A stretch of 49,802 bases of DNA from an uncultured Gammaproteobacteria bacterium (GCA_964522405.1 CAZFTR010000008.1:1-49802); one strand, 5' to 3'. Shown: positions 29,401-35,525, counted from the stretch's first letter. Notes: generated by a model from the sequence alone, not told the origin. A program made the numbers and translations.

Positions 29401-29562
29401 CAGAAACCGGTATTGAATCACTGGGATGTTCGAGAAGGGAGAATATGTTCAAATATGCTGGTTTATGCTCGAGAAGACAAAGAAGTAGGTGAGTGTATCG
29501 TATATGAGTCACCATGTGAAATACCAGAGGGTTGGTATGTTTGTGATGCAGATGATTTGTAG
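26452..29562 (+). CDS. ppsA: Phosphoenolpyruvate synthase with ~230-aa C-terminal TM/extracytoplasmic extension
   Basis: VGGKNASLGEM, VAVRSSATAEDLP.ASFAGQQ, DIEWA, GGKTSHAAIVSRE (phospho-His), NPMLGWRGA, FSIGTNDLTQL, GICGQAPSD. Confidence 0.96.
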   Translation: MKKSSTQKENILWFKDISIGDVSLVGGKNASLGEMYSKLTKKGIAVPNGFAMTASAYWSFFDAAGLKKKIKTELKGLDITDIQNLRKKATKIRKMIMSAKLPEDIKKDILSSYKKLSSIKNAPVAVRSSATAEDLPEASFAGQQESYLSVRGDAALLESVQKCIASLFTERALSYREKRGYNHLEIALSVTVQQMVGSDNAVSGVLFTVDTESGFDGVVLVNASYGLGEYVVKGKVIPDQYFVFKEGLRKGKKSVISKILGTKHIKLVSGKIRGTKQVKVSKTAQNKFCLTEKEILQLANWGMIIEEHYGKAQDIEWAKDAKSGKLYIVQSRPETVKARENAAVIETYKLKTKGTLLASGVAVGQKIGAGNVRIIDSPKQMKLFKKGEVLVTRITDPDWEPIMRIASAIVTEQGGKTSHAAIVSREMGVPCVVGVREARAKLKTTKSVTVSCAEGEEGRIYKGVLPFELKKTNIKNVPKTKTQIMMNIGDPNNAFPLSFLPNDGVGLAREEFIFSNFIRIHPLALVHYTKLKDKKAKKKIADLTRGYKKKPDYCVDKLAEGIGRIATAFYPKEVVVRLSDFKTNEYSSLIGGAEFEPKEANPMLGWRGASRYYSKQYKPAFKLECEALKKARDEWGLSNITVMVPFCRTPEEGEKVLKTMSDFGLKKGENNLRVYVMCEIPSNVVLADEYAQVFDGFSIGTNDLTQLTLGVDRDSAEISHIYDHNSKAVKDLVAGVIKTAHKYGKKVGICGQAPSDSPEFAEFLLQQGIDSISLNPDTVVSARKHIAYVEKTLGKTGKKTNKKFVSLVAVIGAMGLALVGLGGGCANIIDPGFDAAPQDYQTITPAEIRDKAVQKAVKEKDQEFEARHSKLKIRSFASFEMEYPSMWSVEQWNGGVTLYSEDESEYLSIFDQLVNHPVKEGDKEVYKVGEILAKKYTAQNTKKQSVMIIEIELQDGNILEINSNSERWEEIVSTLEITGLAGDQKPVLNHWDVREGRICSNMLVYAREDKEVGECIVYESPCEIPEGWYVCDADDL

Positions 29563-29617
29563 ATAGCTTTGGGTAAAAAGAATTAAATTCGCCACAACAA
29601 GCGGATTTTTTTAATTA

Positions 29618-29646
29618 TTGACTTTTTTAATAAAATATGATAAATT
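29618..29646 (+). promoter_or_regulatory. Sigma70 promoter of GC-rich unit 1
   Basis: TTGACT-17-TAAATT with extended -10 TG; GC content rises right after the predicted start site. Confidence 0.7.
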
Positions 29647-29687
29647 TTTGATCAAACCGCGTCACACCCATGGGAGGGACAAGATCG

Positions 29688-29891
29688 ATGGGGAAGTTTG
29701 ATTACAGCAAGGCCAAGGTGGACGGCAAGTGCCCGTACTGCCACGGCAAGAATCGCCACACCAAGAACCAGCGCAACATGTGCCGGGACGGTACCTTCAA
29801 CCGTCCCAGCAAGAAGTCCGGCGGCGTCAAGGGAGCTGGTCAGCAGGACCACAAGAAGAAGCGCAAGAAGAAGACCTCGCGCGGCAAGTAG
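29688..29891 (+). CDS. GC-rich 67-aa basic protein with CxxC-x5-H-x7-C putative Zn site and KKKRKKK tail
   Basis: SD GGGAGGG at 29672-29678; 59/67 codons end in G/C; all 16 Lys codons are AAG; tandem TAG TAG stop. Confidence 0.75.
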   Translation: MGKFDYSKAKVDGKCPYCHGKNRHTKNQRNMCRDGTFNRPSKKSGGVKGAGQQDHKKKRKKKTSRGK

Positions 29892-29942
29892 TAGGCACTA
29901 CGCCGCAACTTCGAGCGCCGGGTGGGTGTGACAACAGGGAGA

Positions 29943-30010
29943 TCCTCGATCCGGTCGCAATGGCGCGGCCGGTTCGGGGAAGGAAAATACAGCTTATTGG
30001 GCTGTTTTTT
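29943..30010 (+). terminator. 3' GC hairpin plus intrinsic terminator of GC-rich unit 1
   Basis: TCCTCGAT-CCGGTCGC-AATGGC-GCGGCCGG-TTCGGGGA hairpin; ACAGCTT-ATT-GGGCTGT-TTTTT. Confidence 0.7.
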
Positions 30011-30017
30011 ATTTTTC

Positions 30018-30072
30018 TGTCATCCCGAGCGAAATGACCTAGTGAAACTAGGGAATGTAGCCGAGGGATCCC
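30018..30072. repeat. REP-like palindromic element (TGTCATCCCGAGCG...CGAGGGATCCC type) with inner hairpin
   Basis: Ends match the GTCATCCCGAGC..CGAGGGATC family of short intergenic repeats; inner CCTAGT-GAA-ACTAGG. Confidence 0.55.
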
Positions 30073-30110
30073 TGTCTACGCAGGTAGTTGTTTAAATTGA
30101 TCTTTCAGTC

Positions 30111-30139
30111 TTGACAAAAACCTCCAAATTTAGTATCAT
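30111..30139 (+). promoter_or_regulatory. Strong sigma70 promoter of small basic protein
   Basis: TTGACA-17-TATCAT. Confidence 0.7.
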
Positions 30140-30171
30140 ATTCACACTATATAAAAAATAATATTGAATAT

Positions 30172-30354
30172 ATGGGAATGAGAAAAAGAGTTCGCACTAA
30201 GTGGAAAGCTGACCGAAAAGAGCAGATCCGCAAGATTAGTGCGCAGCGCCTGAAAAAGGCCACCAAAGCAGCTGCAAAAGCAACAGCCAAACCAGCAGCT
30301 AAATCTACAGCTTCAAAAGCTGAAAAAAAGGAAGAGGTTAAGCAGGCTGCATAA
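30172..30354 (+). CDS. Small Lys/Arg/Ala-rich basic protein (60 aa), possibly nucleic-acid binding
   Basis: Own promoter; MGMRKRVRTKWKADRK..KKATKAAAKATAKPAAK; host-like codon use. Confidence 0.7.
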   Translation: MGMRKRVRTKWKADRKEQIRKISAQRLKKATKAAAKATAKPAAKSTASKAEKKEEVKQAA

Positions 30355-30427
30355 TATTGTGAGATATTTACGTTTGTGCTATAATGTTCAAGCATTTCAA
30401 CTGGCTGTTAAATACTAACAGCTTTAC

Positions 30428-30501
30428 GGACCGGTAGTTCAATTGGTTAGAGCACCGCCCTGTCACGGCGGAAGTTGCGAGTTCGAGTCTCGTCCGGTCC
30501 G
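30428..30501 (+). tRNA. tRNA-Asp(GTC), CCA not encoded
   Basis: Cloverleaf: GGACCGG/CCGGTCC acceptor, CCGCC-CTGTCAC-GGCGG anticodon arm, GCGAG-TTCGAGT-CTCGT T arm; upstream TG-C-TATAAT promoter. Confidence 0.97.
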
Positions 30502-30702
30502 CTTAATTAAAAAATTCGGCTTTAGCCGGATTTTTTAATTAAGTCTGGATCAGAGACGGGACTCGAACTGGGGGTGGTAGGGGGCGCAGCCCCCTACGTG
30601 CCGAGGAAAGTTCACGAAAACCCGAAGGTTTTCGTGGGAGGCCGAAGGCCGACGTGAGAGTCCTGGCCTTTGGCAAGGTTCTCGTCCGGTCCGCTTAATT
30701 AA
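30480..30702. repeat. tRNA-linked palindromic element: inverted copy of tRNA 3' half, three GC hairpins, then 23-bp direct copy of tRNA 3' end
   Basis: 30525-30569 is about the reverse complement of 30480-30520; TCTCGTCCGGTCCGCTTAATTAA at 30488-30510 and 30680-30702. Confidence 0.8.
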
Positions 30703-30797
30703 CTTGGTTAAATTAGCCAAGTTTTTTGTTGGGAAAATAGGGCGACATGACTCACCCAAACCTTCCGTGTTATACTATAGACAATTATTTTAATTTT

Positions 30798-31634
30798 ATG
30801 TCAACATCAGTTTTTTTACTTGTAATTGCAGCAACCATAACTCACGCTCTCTGGAATTTTGCAGCAAAAAAAGTCTCCGGGGATATAGCAGTGATATGGA
30901 TTGGTTTGATGATAGCTGTCATTGTTTTTTTTCCACTTCTACTCTTTCTACCTACTGAACAATTTCATTTTACAGAAGTCCTTCCTTATATTCTTGCATC
31001 TGGCATATTACATACATTTTATTTTCTTGCTTTATCCAAATCGTATAAGTACGGCGAAATCTCAACGGTATACCCACTTGCCAGAGGTCTGGGAATATCC
31101 GGTACCTTCTTAGGAGCATATATTTTATTACAAGAACAAACATCACTATTTGGCTTTATAGGAATATTACTAATTTGTTTTGGAGTATTCGCTATTGGAA
31201 AGGATAGTCTAAACAATAAAAAAGGGGTCAGGTTTGCATTCGTTGTCGGGGTGACTATTTCAGGGTATTCCATTATAAATAAAATAGCGGTTGGTATATC
31301 ACATCCCCTTTTCTATTTACTGAGTTATACATTTATTTATACGCTTTTTTTAGCTCCTTATGTTATCTTGAAAGAAAAAATGAAATTAAAGAAAGCATGG
31401 AAAAAATATAAAAAAGAATCCATTGTTATTGGTATTGGGGCTGTTGGCACATCGCTTATGATATTATTTTCCTTTCAGCTAGCAAATGTCAGTTATGTTG
31501 TAGCTTTAAGAGAATTTGCAGTTATATTTGGAGCTATCCTTGGCTTCATATTTCTAAAAGAACGCCTATCTCTGGGGAAAATCATTGCCATACTTCTGAT
31601 AATAGTAGGAGCTATTCTGCTTAAATTTGCATAA
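30798..31634 (+). CDS. EamA/DMT family transporter
   Basis: HA.WN..AK, Y..GE.S.VYPLARG, S...ALRE..VIFG.ILG..FLKE; about 10 TM segments. Confidence 0.92.
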   Translation: MSTSVFLLVIAATITHALWNFAAKKVSGDIAVIWIGLMIAVIVFFPLLLFLPTEQFHFTEVLPYILASGILHTFYFLALSKSYKYGEISTVYPLARGLGISGTFLGAYILLQEQTSLFGFIGILLICFGVFAIGKDSLNNKKGVRFAFVVGVTISGYSIINKIAVGISHPLFYLLSYTFIYTLFLAPYVILKEKMKLKKAWKKYKKESIVIGIGAVGTSLMILFSFQLANVSYVVALREFAVIFGAILGFIFLKERLSLGKIIAILLIIVGAILLKFA

Positions 31635-31719
31635 TTTCACGTTAAAAAAATTCGAATCACATTCTGTCGCTCCAACAGACCTGACTTCGCTTATTTTGGC
31701 GGAGTTTTTTATTGCAAAT

Positions 31720-31785
31720 AAAAAATACCCAATCTCCTATATGATTCTAAACACATCAGAGTCATATTTCGTTTGGGTATTTTTT
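31720..31785. terminator. Long hairpin/terminator between convergent EamA gene and GC-rich unit 2
   Basis: AAAAAATACCCAA...TTGGGTATTTTTT outer stem; ATATGATTCT/AGAGTCATAT inner stem. Confidence 0.65.
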
Positions 31786-31929
31786 TAATTCGGAACGCGG
31801 TGACCTTATGAATAGTCATCCCTGTAGGCTCGCTCTTTCGCGCCCTCACGTTCCTGTCTCACAACTATATCTCGACCAGTTGCCAGCCGCTTGGCGGTAC
31901 TTCTCGGGTATCCTCTTGATTAGAGGGAG

Positions 31930-32130
31930 CTACTCCTCCCAGCGCCCCGTCTTCTGCCGCCTCACCTGCCGGTCGAGGAAGTCCCCATACTGGGGGCTGT
32001 ATTTCGGCATCCCGTGGGGGTACTTGGGGTCCAGCTTGGTATAGGGGTCGCCACCGAGGTTGCGCGTGCTCCTCTCGGCATTCGTCCACTCAGGGGAGTA
32101 GGGGTCGTATTTTCGCCCACTAAAAGACAT
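31930..32130 (-). CDS. GC-rich 66-aa Pro/Tyr-rich hypothetical protein (MSFSGRKYDPYSPEW...)
   Basis: SD GGAGGT at 32140-32135; strongly G/C-ending codons; own promoter. Confidence 0.65.
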   Translation of the reverse strand: MSFSGRKYDPYSPEWTNAERSTRNLGGDPYTKLDPKYPHGMPKYSPQYGDFLDRQVRRQKTGRWEE

Positions 32131-32162
32131 CTTTACCTCCATAGGTATCCATTGACGCCCTT

Positions 32163-32191
32163 AGGATAACACTTTATTCCAGGGGTGTCAA
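32163..32191 (-). promoter_or_regulatory. Sigma70 promoter of GC-rich unit 2, within an inverted repeat (32150-32193)
   Basis: TTGACA-17-TATCCT with extended TG; CATTGACGCCC...GGGTGTCAATG. Confidence 0.7.
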
Positions 32192-32297
32192 TGCATGATC
32201 ACAAAGGATCTGAATTAAACTTTTTTGTTATTAATCTAAGATGTGTGAGTATATTTTACTAAAAAAAGTTCCCTCACCACCCATACTTAGCTCAGAA

Positions 32298-32318
32298 TTC
32301 GAGTCTCGTCCGGTCCGC
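32298..32318 (+). repeat. 21-bp copy of tRNA-Asp 3' end (att-like site)
   Basis: TTCGAGTCTCGTCCGGTCCGC identical to 30482-30502. Confidence 0.85.
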
Positions 32319-32393
32319 AAATGAGACTGCATTCATTTTACTTTTTACGCAAAGTCTTGTACACTTACAGTTGTAATTAATAAACCAACATAT

Positions 32394-32855
32394 ATGGGAA
32401 ACACACCTATGAGCCCTGAGCAATTACGCGCAATGGGTATAGACACTACAGGGGGTACTGAACATAATTCACCCAACTCACTATTTGCGACTTATCTTGA
32501 AGAATTCAAAGGGTTGAACGACACTCAAATACAAGAAGTGCTTACAAAAGCAAAAGGAGGTGAGCCAACACCACAGTCAATGTTAGCTGCAGCTGTAGAT
32601 TTAGGATATGTAAAAGACGCATCAGAATTTGACCTGAAACATTTCGATGCACTACACGAAAAATCAACAGATTATGGGACATATCTTGTGGAAACAGGAC
32701 TTTGCACACAAGAACAAATCGATGAAGTACTCGAAAGTTTGGGGGAAGAGGCAACACCAACTTCTATTGGACAAGCCCTTGTTGATGAAAAAATTCTCCG
32801 TCGAGATGTAAAAGATGTACTGCTTGCAGGATTTGCCGCTCAAAAAATTAACTAA
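32394..32855 (+). CDS. Small acidic protein with degenerate MshEN-like motifs
   Basis: YGTYLVETGLCTQEQIDEVL and IGQALVDEKILRRDV resemble (R)LGxxLxxxGxxxxxxLxxxL. Confidence 0.65.
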   Translation: MGNTPMSPEQLRAMGIDTTGGTEHNSPNSLFATYLEEFKGLNDTQIQEVLTKAKGGEPTPQSMLAAAVDLGYVKDASEFDLKHFDALHEKSTDYGTYLVETGLCTQEQIDEVLESLGEEATPTSIGQALVDEKILRRDVKDVLLAGFAAQKIN

Positions 32856-32923
32856 ATCCACCCTCATCTTGTTCAATTCCTGTAAGTGACAAAAAGTTCG
32901 AATCACTTTCCATTGTTCTTACA

Positions 32924-32951
32924 AAAAACCTCGCTGATTAGCGAGGTTTTT
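32924..32951. terminator. Bidirectional terminator between convergent genes
   Basis: AAAAACCTCGCT-GATT-AGCGAGGTTTTT. Confidence 0.85.
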
Positions 32952-32969
32952 AAAAATTTGATTTCCTTT

Positions 32970-33245
32970 TTACTTTCTAAGCACGCCACGCTCCTTTGGT
33001 GGTTCAAGAGTTTTCTCCGACTCTGGATTTTCATTTATTACTACCTTCCCATCAATAATTCTATACTCCGGCCATTTCTGCTCAAATTCCTCTCTGCTCA
33101 TATTGCCAAAGGCAACATCAGTTGCATCATTAGCTCTTTTAGTGTCATCTATCATTGTTTCGGTAAGCTCTGCCTTTCTCCCTCCTGTGAGAGGTCTTTG
33201 AGCGGGGTCTTCATATCTATCACTTGGTGATCTTTTTACAGCCAT
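32970..33245 (-). CDS. Hypothetical protein (91 aa)
   Basis: AT-rich leader, host-like codon use, ends at the terminator. Confidence 0.65.
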   Translation of the reverse strand: MAVKRSPSDRYEDPAQRPLTGGRKAELTETMIDDTKRANDATDVAFGNMSREEFEQKWPEYRIIDGKVVINENPESEKTLEPPKERGVLRK

Positions 33246-33454
33246 ATATGTATGTTAATTTATTTTATTATTTAGACGAACTATACATTATATTTATTTT
33301 TTTGTAAAATGCTTGTGGGTAAATATTAAACAAAATGAGATGTATAGTTAAAAATCTTTTTTTGAAATATTTTATTTAAAGCTAGTTCATAAATACCTCA
33401 TTTGATTCTATTACATTAAAAAAAGTTCAAATTATGTTCATATGATTCCCACAA

Positions 33455-33488
33455 ATTTAAAAACAACCTATTTGGGTTGTTTTTAAAT
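33455..33488. terminator. Perfect 14-bp inverted repeat (terminator-like)
   Basis: ATTTAAAAACAACC-TATTTG-GGTTGTTTTTAAAT. Confidence 0.65.
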
Positions 33489-33598
33489 CCTCAATTGTTT
33501 CCTAAATTTTAGAAAAAAATAGTCGGGTTGTCGGGCGCAGTTCTCCAATTCTACGCCCGATTTCCCTTGCTTGCCAAGCTCCTTTCTCGGCATTAGTG

Positions 33599-34156
33599 TC
33601 AGTCGGTCGGCTCCGTCGCCGCCCGGGCCGTGTTCTCCATCAACTCCAGCATGCGCCGAAGCATGAGCTCGATGCGCCGCGTGGCCTTGGAGGCTTCCAT
33701 GGTCTCCTCGTCCATGCCTACCTTGAGCAGATCAGCGGAGTCGTAGACCGCCGCCGCGACGTAGAGAAAGCCGTAGATCGGGAGGATCACCGGCAGGCTC
33801 AGGGGGGCACTGAAGGCAGCCAAAGTCACAAGGGCGTAGATCCCGGAGACGAAACTGGTGAACATGGTCTTGGTGATGACCATGGCGCCTGTCTTGTGTC
33901 TCTTCGGAAGTGCCGCGTTGGTGATGACGAACCAGGCCAGGCCCGCGATCTGGGCCGCGATGGCCACAGCGCCAACGATCAGTTGGGTGGTGTCACTGCC
34001 GTACTTGGCTGCGATCACCGATCCCGGAAGCACGATCAGGCTCTGGAGCAGAACCTGCGCGTGCTTCTTGGTGTTCTCGTCGAGGGCGATGATGTCATCT
34101 TCGGTCGCCTTGGAGTACAGCGAAGCGAAGATGAGCTTCTTGAGCAGTTTTTCCAT
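33599..34156 (-). CDS. GC-rich 185-aa multi-pass (~4 TM) membrane protein of unknown function
   Basis: SD AAGGAGGG at 34172-34165, 8 nt before ATG 34156; G/C-ending codons; hydrophobic segments and helical C-tail. Confidence 0.8.
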   Translation of the reverse strand: MEKLLKKLIFASLYSKATEDDIIALDENTKKHAQVLLQSLIVLPGSVIAAKYGSDTTQLIVGAVAIAAQIAGLAWFVITNAALPKRHKTGAMVITKTMFTSFVSGIYALVTLAAFSAPLSLPVILPIYGFLYVAAAVYDSADLLKVGMDEETMEASKATRRIELMLRRMLELMENTARAATEPTD

Positions 34157-34204
34157 TGAAATCGCCCTCCTTGAGCGAGATTCGGGGTTGATTAGTTGAA
34201 CTGA

Positions 34205-34257
34205 ATTCATAGATGTTTTCAACACTTGAGCTGCAAGTCCTAGAAACATCTATGAAT
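34205..34257 (-). promoter_or_regulatory. Long 5'UTR hairpin of GC-rich unit 3
   Basis: ATTCATAGATGTTT/AAACATCTATGAAT 14-bp perfect stem enclosing ACTTG-AGCTG-CAAGT. Confidence 0.65.
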
Positions 34258-34297
34258 CAAAAAAGCAAGGGATAGTGATTAAAGAGCAGAATGAAGA

Positions 34298-34326
34298 AAT
34301 CTATCATAAAAAAGTTATATTGTCAA
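34298..34326 (-). promoter_or_regulatory. Sigma70 promoter of GC-rich unit 3
   Basis: TTGACA-17-TAGATT with extended TG. Confidence 0.7.
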
Positions 34327-34376
34327 GATGATCAAATAATTAATTGCCTTTAATAAGCCTTTTTCCACTTTAAAAT

Positions 34377-34402
34377 AAAAAAGAGCCTTTCAGCTCTTTT
34401 TT
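34377..34402 (-). terminator. Intrinsic terminator after 99-aa gene
   Basis: AAAAAAGAGC-CTTTCA-GCTCTTTTTT. Confidence 0.75.
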
Positions 34403-34419
34403 AAATCTTTCTATACAAA

Positions 34420-34719
34420 CTAATTATATTTCTCATCATCCCAATTCTCAGAATCTGCCAGAAGTTCAGCAGCATAGGCCTTAGCTTCAGCCTCTTGATT
34501 TGCTTCAAAACTTCTGGTAGTTGGAACATAACTTAGATAATCAAAACCGTCATCTGCTGCTGGCTCACCATGAGCTGACACTTCATATTTGCCACCATCC
34601 AAATCAATTTTTACAAATACAGAACCTTCTGCTCCCCGGTCTTTCCAGGTTTGGGGCGCGTCTTTTTTTTCTGAAGTAGAAATTTCAATCCTTTGTCCTT
34701 CTCTTGTTGGGTCTGCCAT
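34420..34719 (-). CDS. Acidic hypothetical protein (99 aa)
   Basis: Promoter TTGACC-16-TATAAT (34777-34750), terminator and host-like codons. Confidence 0.7.
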   Translation of the reverse strand: MADPTREGQRIEISTSEKKDAPQTWKDRGAEGSVFVKIDLDGGKYEVSAHGEPAADDGFDYLSYVPTTRSFEANQEAEAKAYAAELLADSENWDDEKYN

Positions 34720-34783
34720 ATTTTTTATATTTAATAATTAACTATTCTAATTATACAATATAGCTGAAAAAGGTCAATTATAG

Positions 34784-35248
34784 TTATCTATAGCCAAGTT
34801 TGATCTTTAAATCCTTCAACCTAGCATAAAATCCAGCAGTGTGAATAGAATTTAAACCTAGCTTCTCATGATCATAGTGATGCATCCATTCATGGACCAG
34901 AGTATCAAAAAAAGTTTTCGAAGCTAGAATTTGACCTCTTACTGCAGTTCTATTATTTATATAAATATATTTGGATTGCGGACGATAATATCCATATTGC
35001 TTGAAAGCAACCCGGTTTTGGCGTTTGTTATGATATTGATTTTTGTCAGAAATTTTAAGTTTAACAATTCCAATTCTTGCTAAATCACCAAGCTCATCAA
35101 GAAGTTCGGTTCCAATAGATTGCCTGGATTCAAAACCAAGTTTTGAGCCAAGCAGAGTAGAGGATAGCTCAAGAGCCCTCTCAGAAATAGGAAATTTAAC
35201 TTTCATTATTCTGTTGCTCCTGTTGTAGTTTAATTTCTTAAAAAACAT
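34784..35248 (-). CDS. SprT-like/zincin HExxH metalloprotein
   Basis: TLVHEWMHHYD...HTAGFY motif; start could be 35248 or 35206. Confidence 0.75.
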   Translation of the reverse strand: MFFKKLNYNRSNRIMKVKFPISERALELSSTLLGSKLGFESRQSIGTELLDELGDLARIGIVKLKISDKNQYHNKRQNRVAFKQYGYYRPQSKYIYINNRTAVRGQILASKTFFDTLVHEWMHHYDHEKLGLNSIHTAGFYARLKDLKIKLGYR

Positions 35249-35287
35249 AGACCTCCATTATACCATCTTTTTTTTAATTAAGGCGAG

Positions 35288-35525
35288 CAATGCGATTGCC
35301 GAATTTCACTATGAGGACCTTTTTTTATTTTTCATGATTTGTATTAGTTGTATGTGAGTCTGTAGTATAAAGACAGATGAGACAATCCGCAGTCCCCTTG
35401 TTGCTGCTGAAAGCAGAGCAACAAGAGAGACGAGGACGGCGAAGCTGTTTTTATACTACAGACTCACCCTAGACTCTGATCATGAAAAATAAAAAAAGGT
35501 CCTCATAGTGTCCGGCAAAGCATTG
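35288..35525. repeat. ~240-bp nested palindrome
   Basis: 32-bp perfect IR 35307-35338/35479-35510; 23-bp IR 35354-35376/35445-35467 (one mismatch); inner CTTGTTGCT/AGCAACAAG. Confidence 0.9.

Noticed and set aside
29652-30037. Alternative ORFs 29652-29852 (-), 29698-29931 (+) and 29729-30037 (+)
   Set aside because: Stop-poor frames expected in GC-rich DNA; only the 29688 frame has an SD and third-position bias
30480-32318. Repeated 21-23-bp sequence as a CRISPR array
   Set aside because: Only three irregularly spaced copies, identical to the tRNA-Asp 3' end; no uniform spacers and no cas genes
33596-34199. Plus-strand ORFs 33596-34159 and 33858-34199
   Set aside because: Antisense shadows of a high-GC3 gene; SD, promoter and codon bias all support the minus strand
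29650-34200. GC-rich units as integron cassettes or a prophage
   Set aside because: No integrase or phage genes, no recognisable attC sites, mixed orientations, and each unit has its own promoter
35249-35265. GGAGGT before the HExxH gene as another strong SD
   Set aside because: Only 2 nt from the ATG and directly after a TG-G-TATAAT -10 element, so more likely untranscribed promoter spacer of a near-leaderless mRNA
35370-35450. Hammerhead ribozyme in the palindrome core
   Set aside because: AGATGAG and CGAAG resemble but do not match the required CUGANGA and GAAA core
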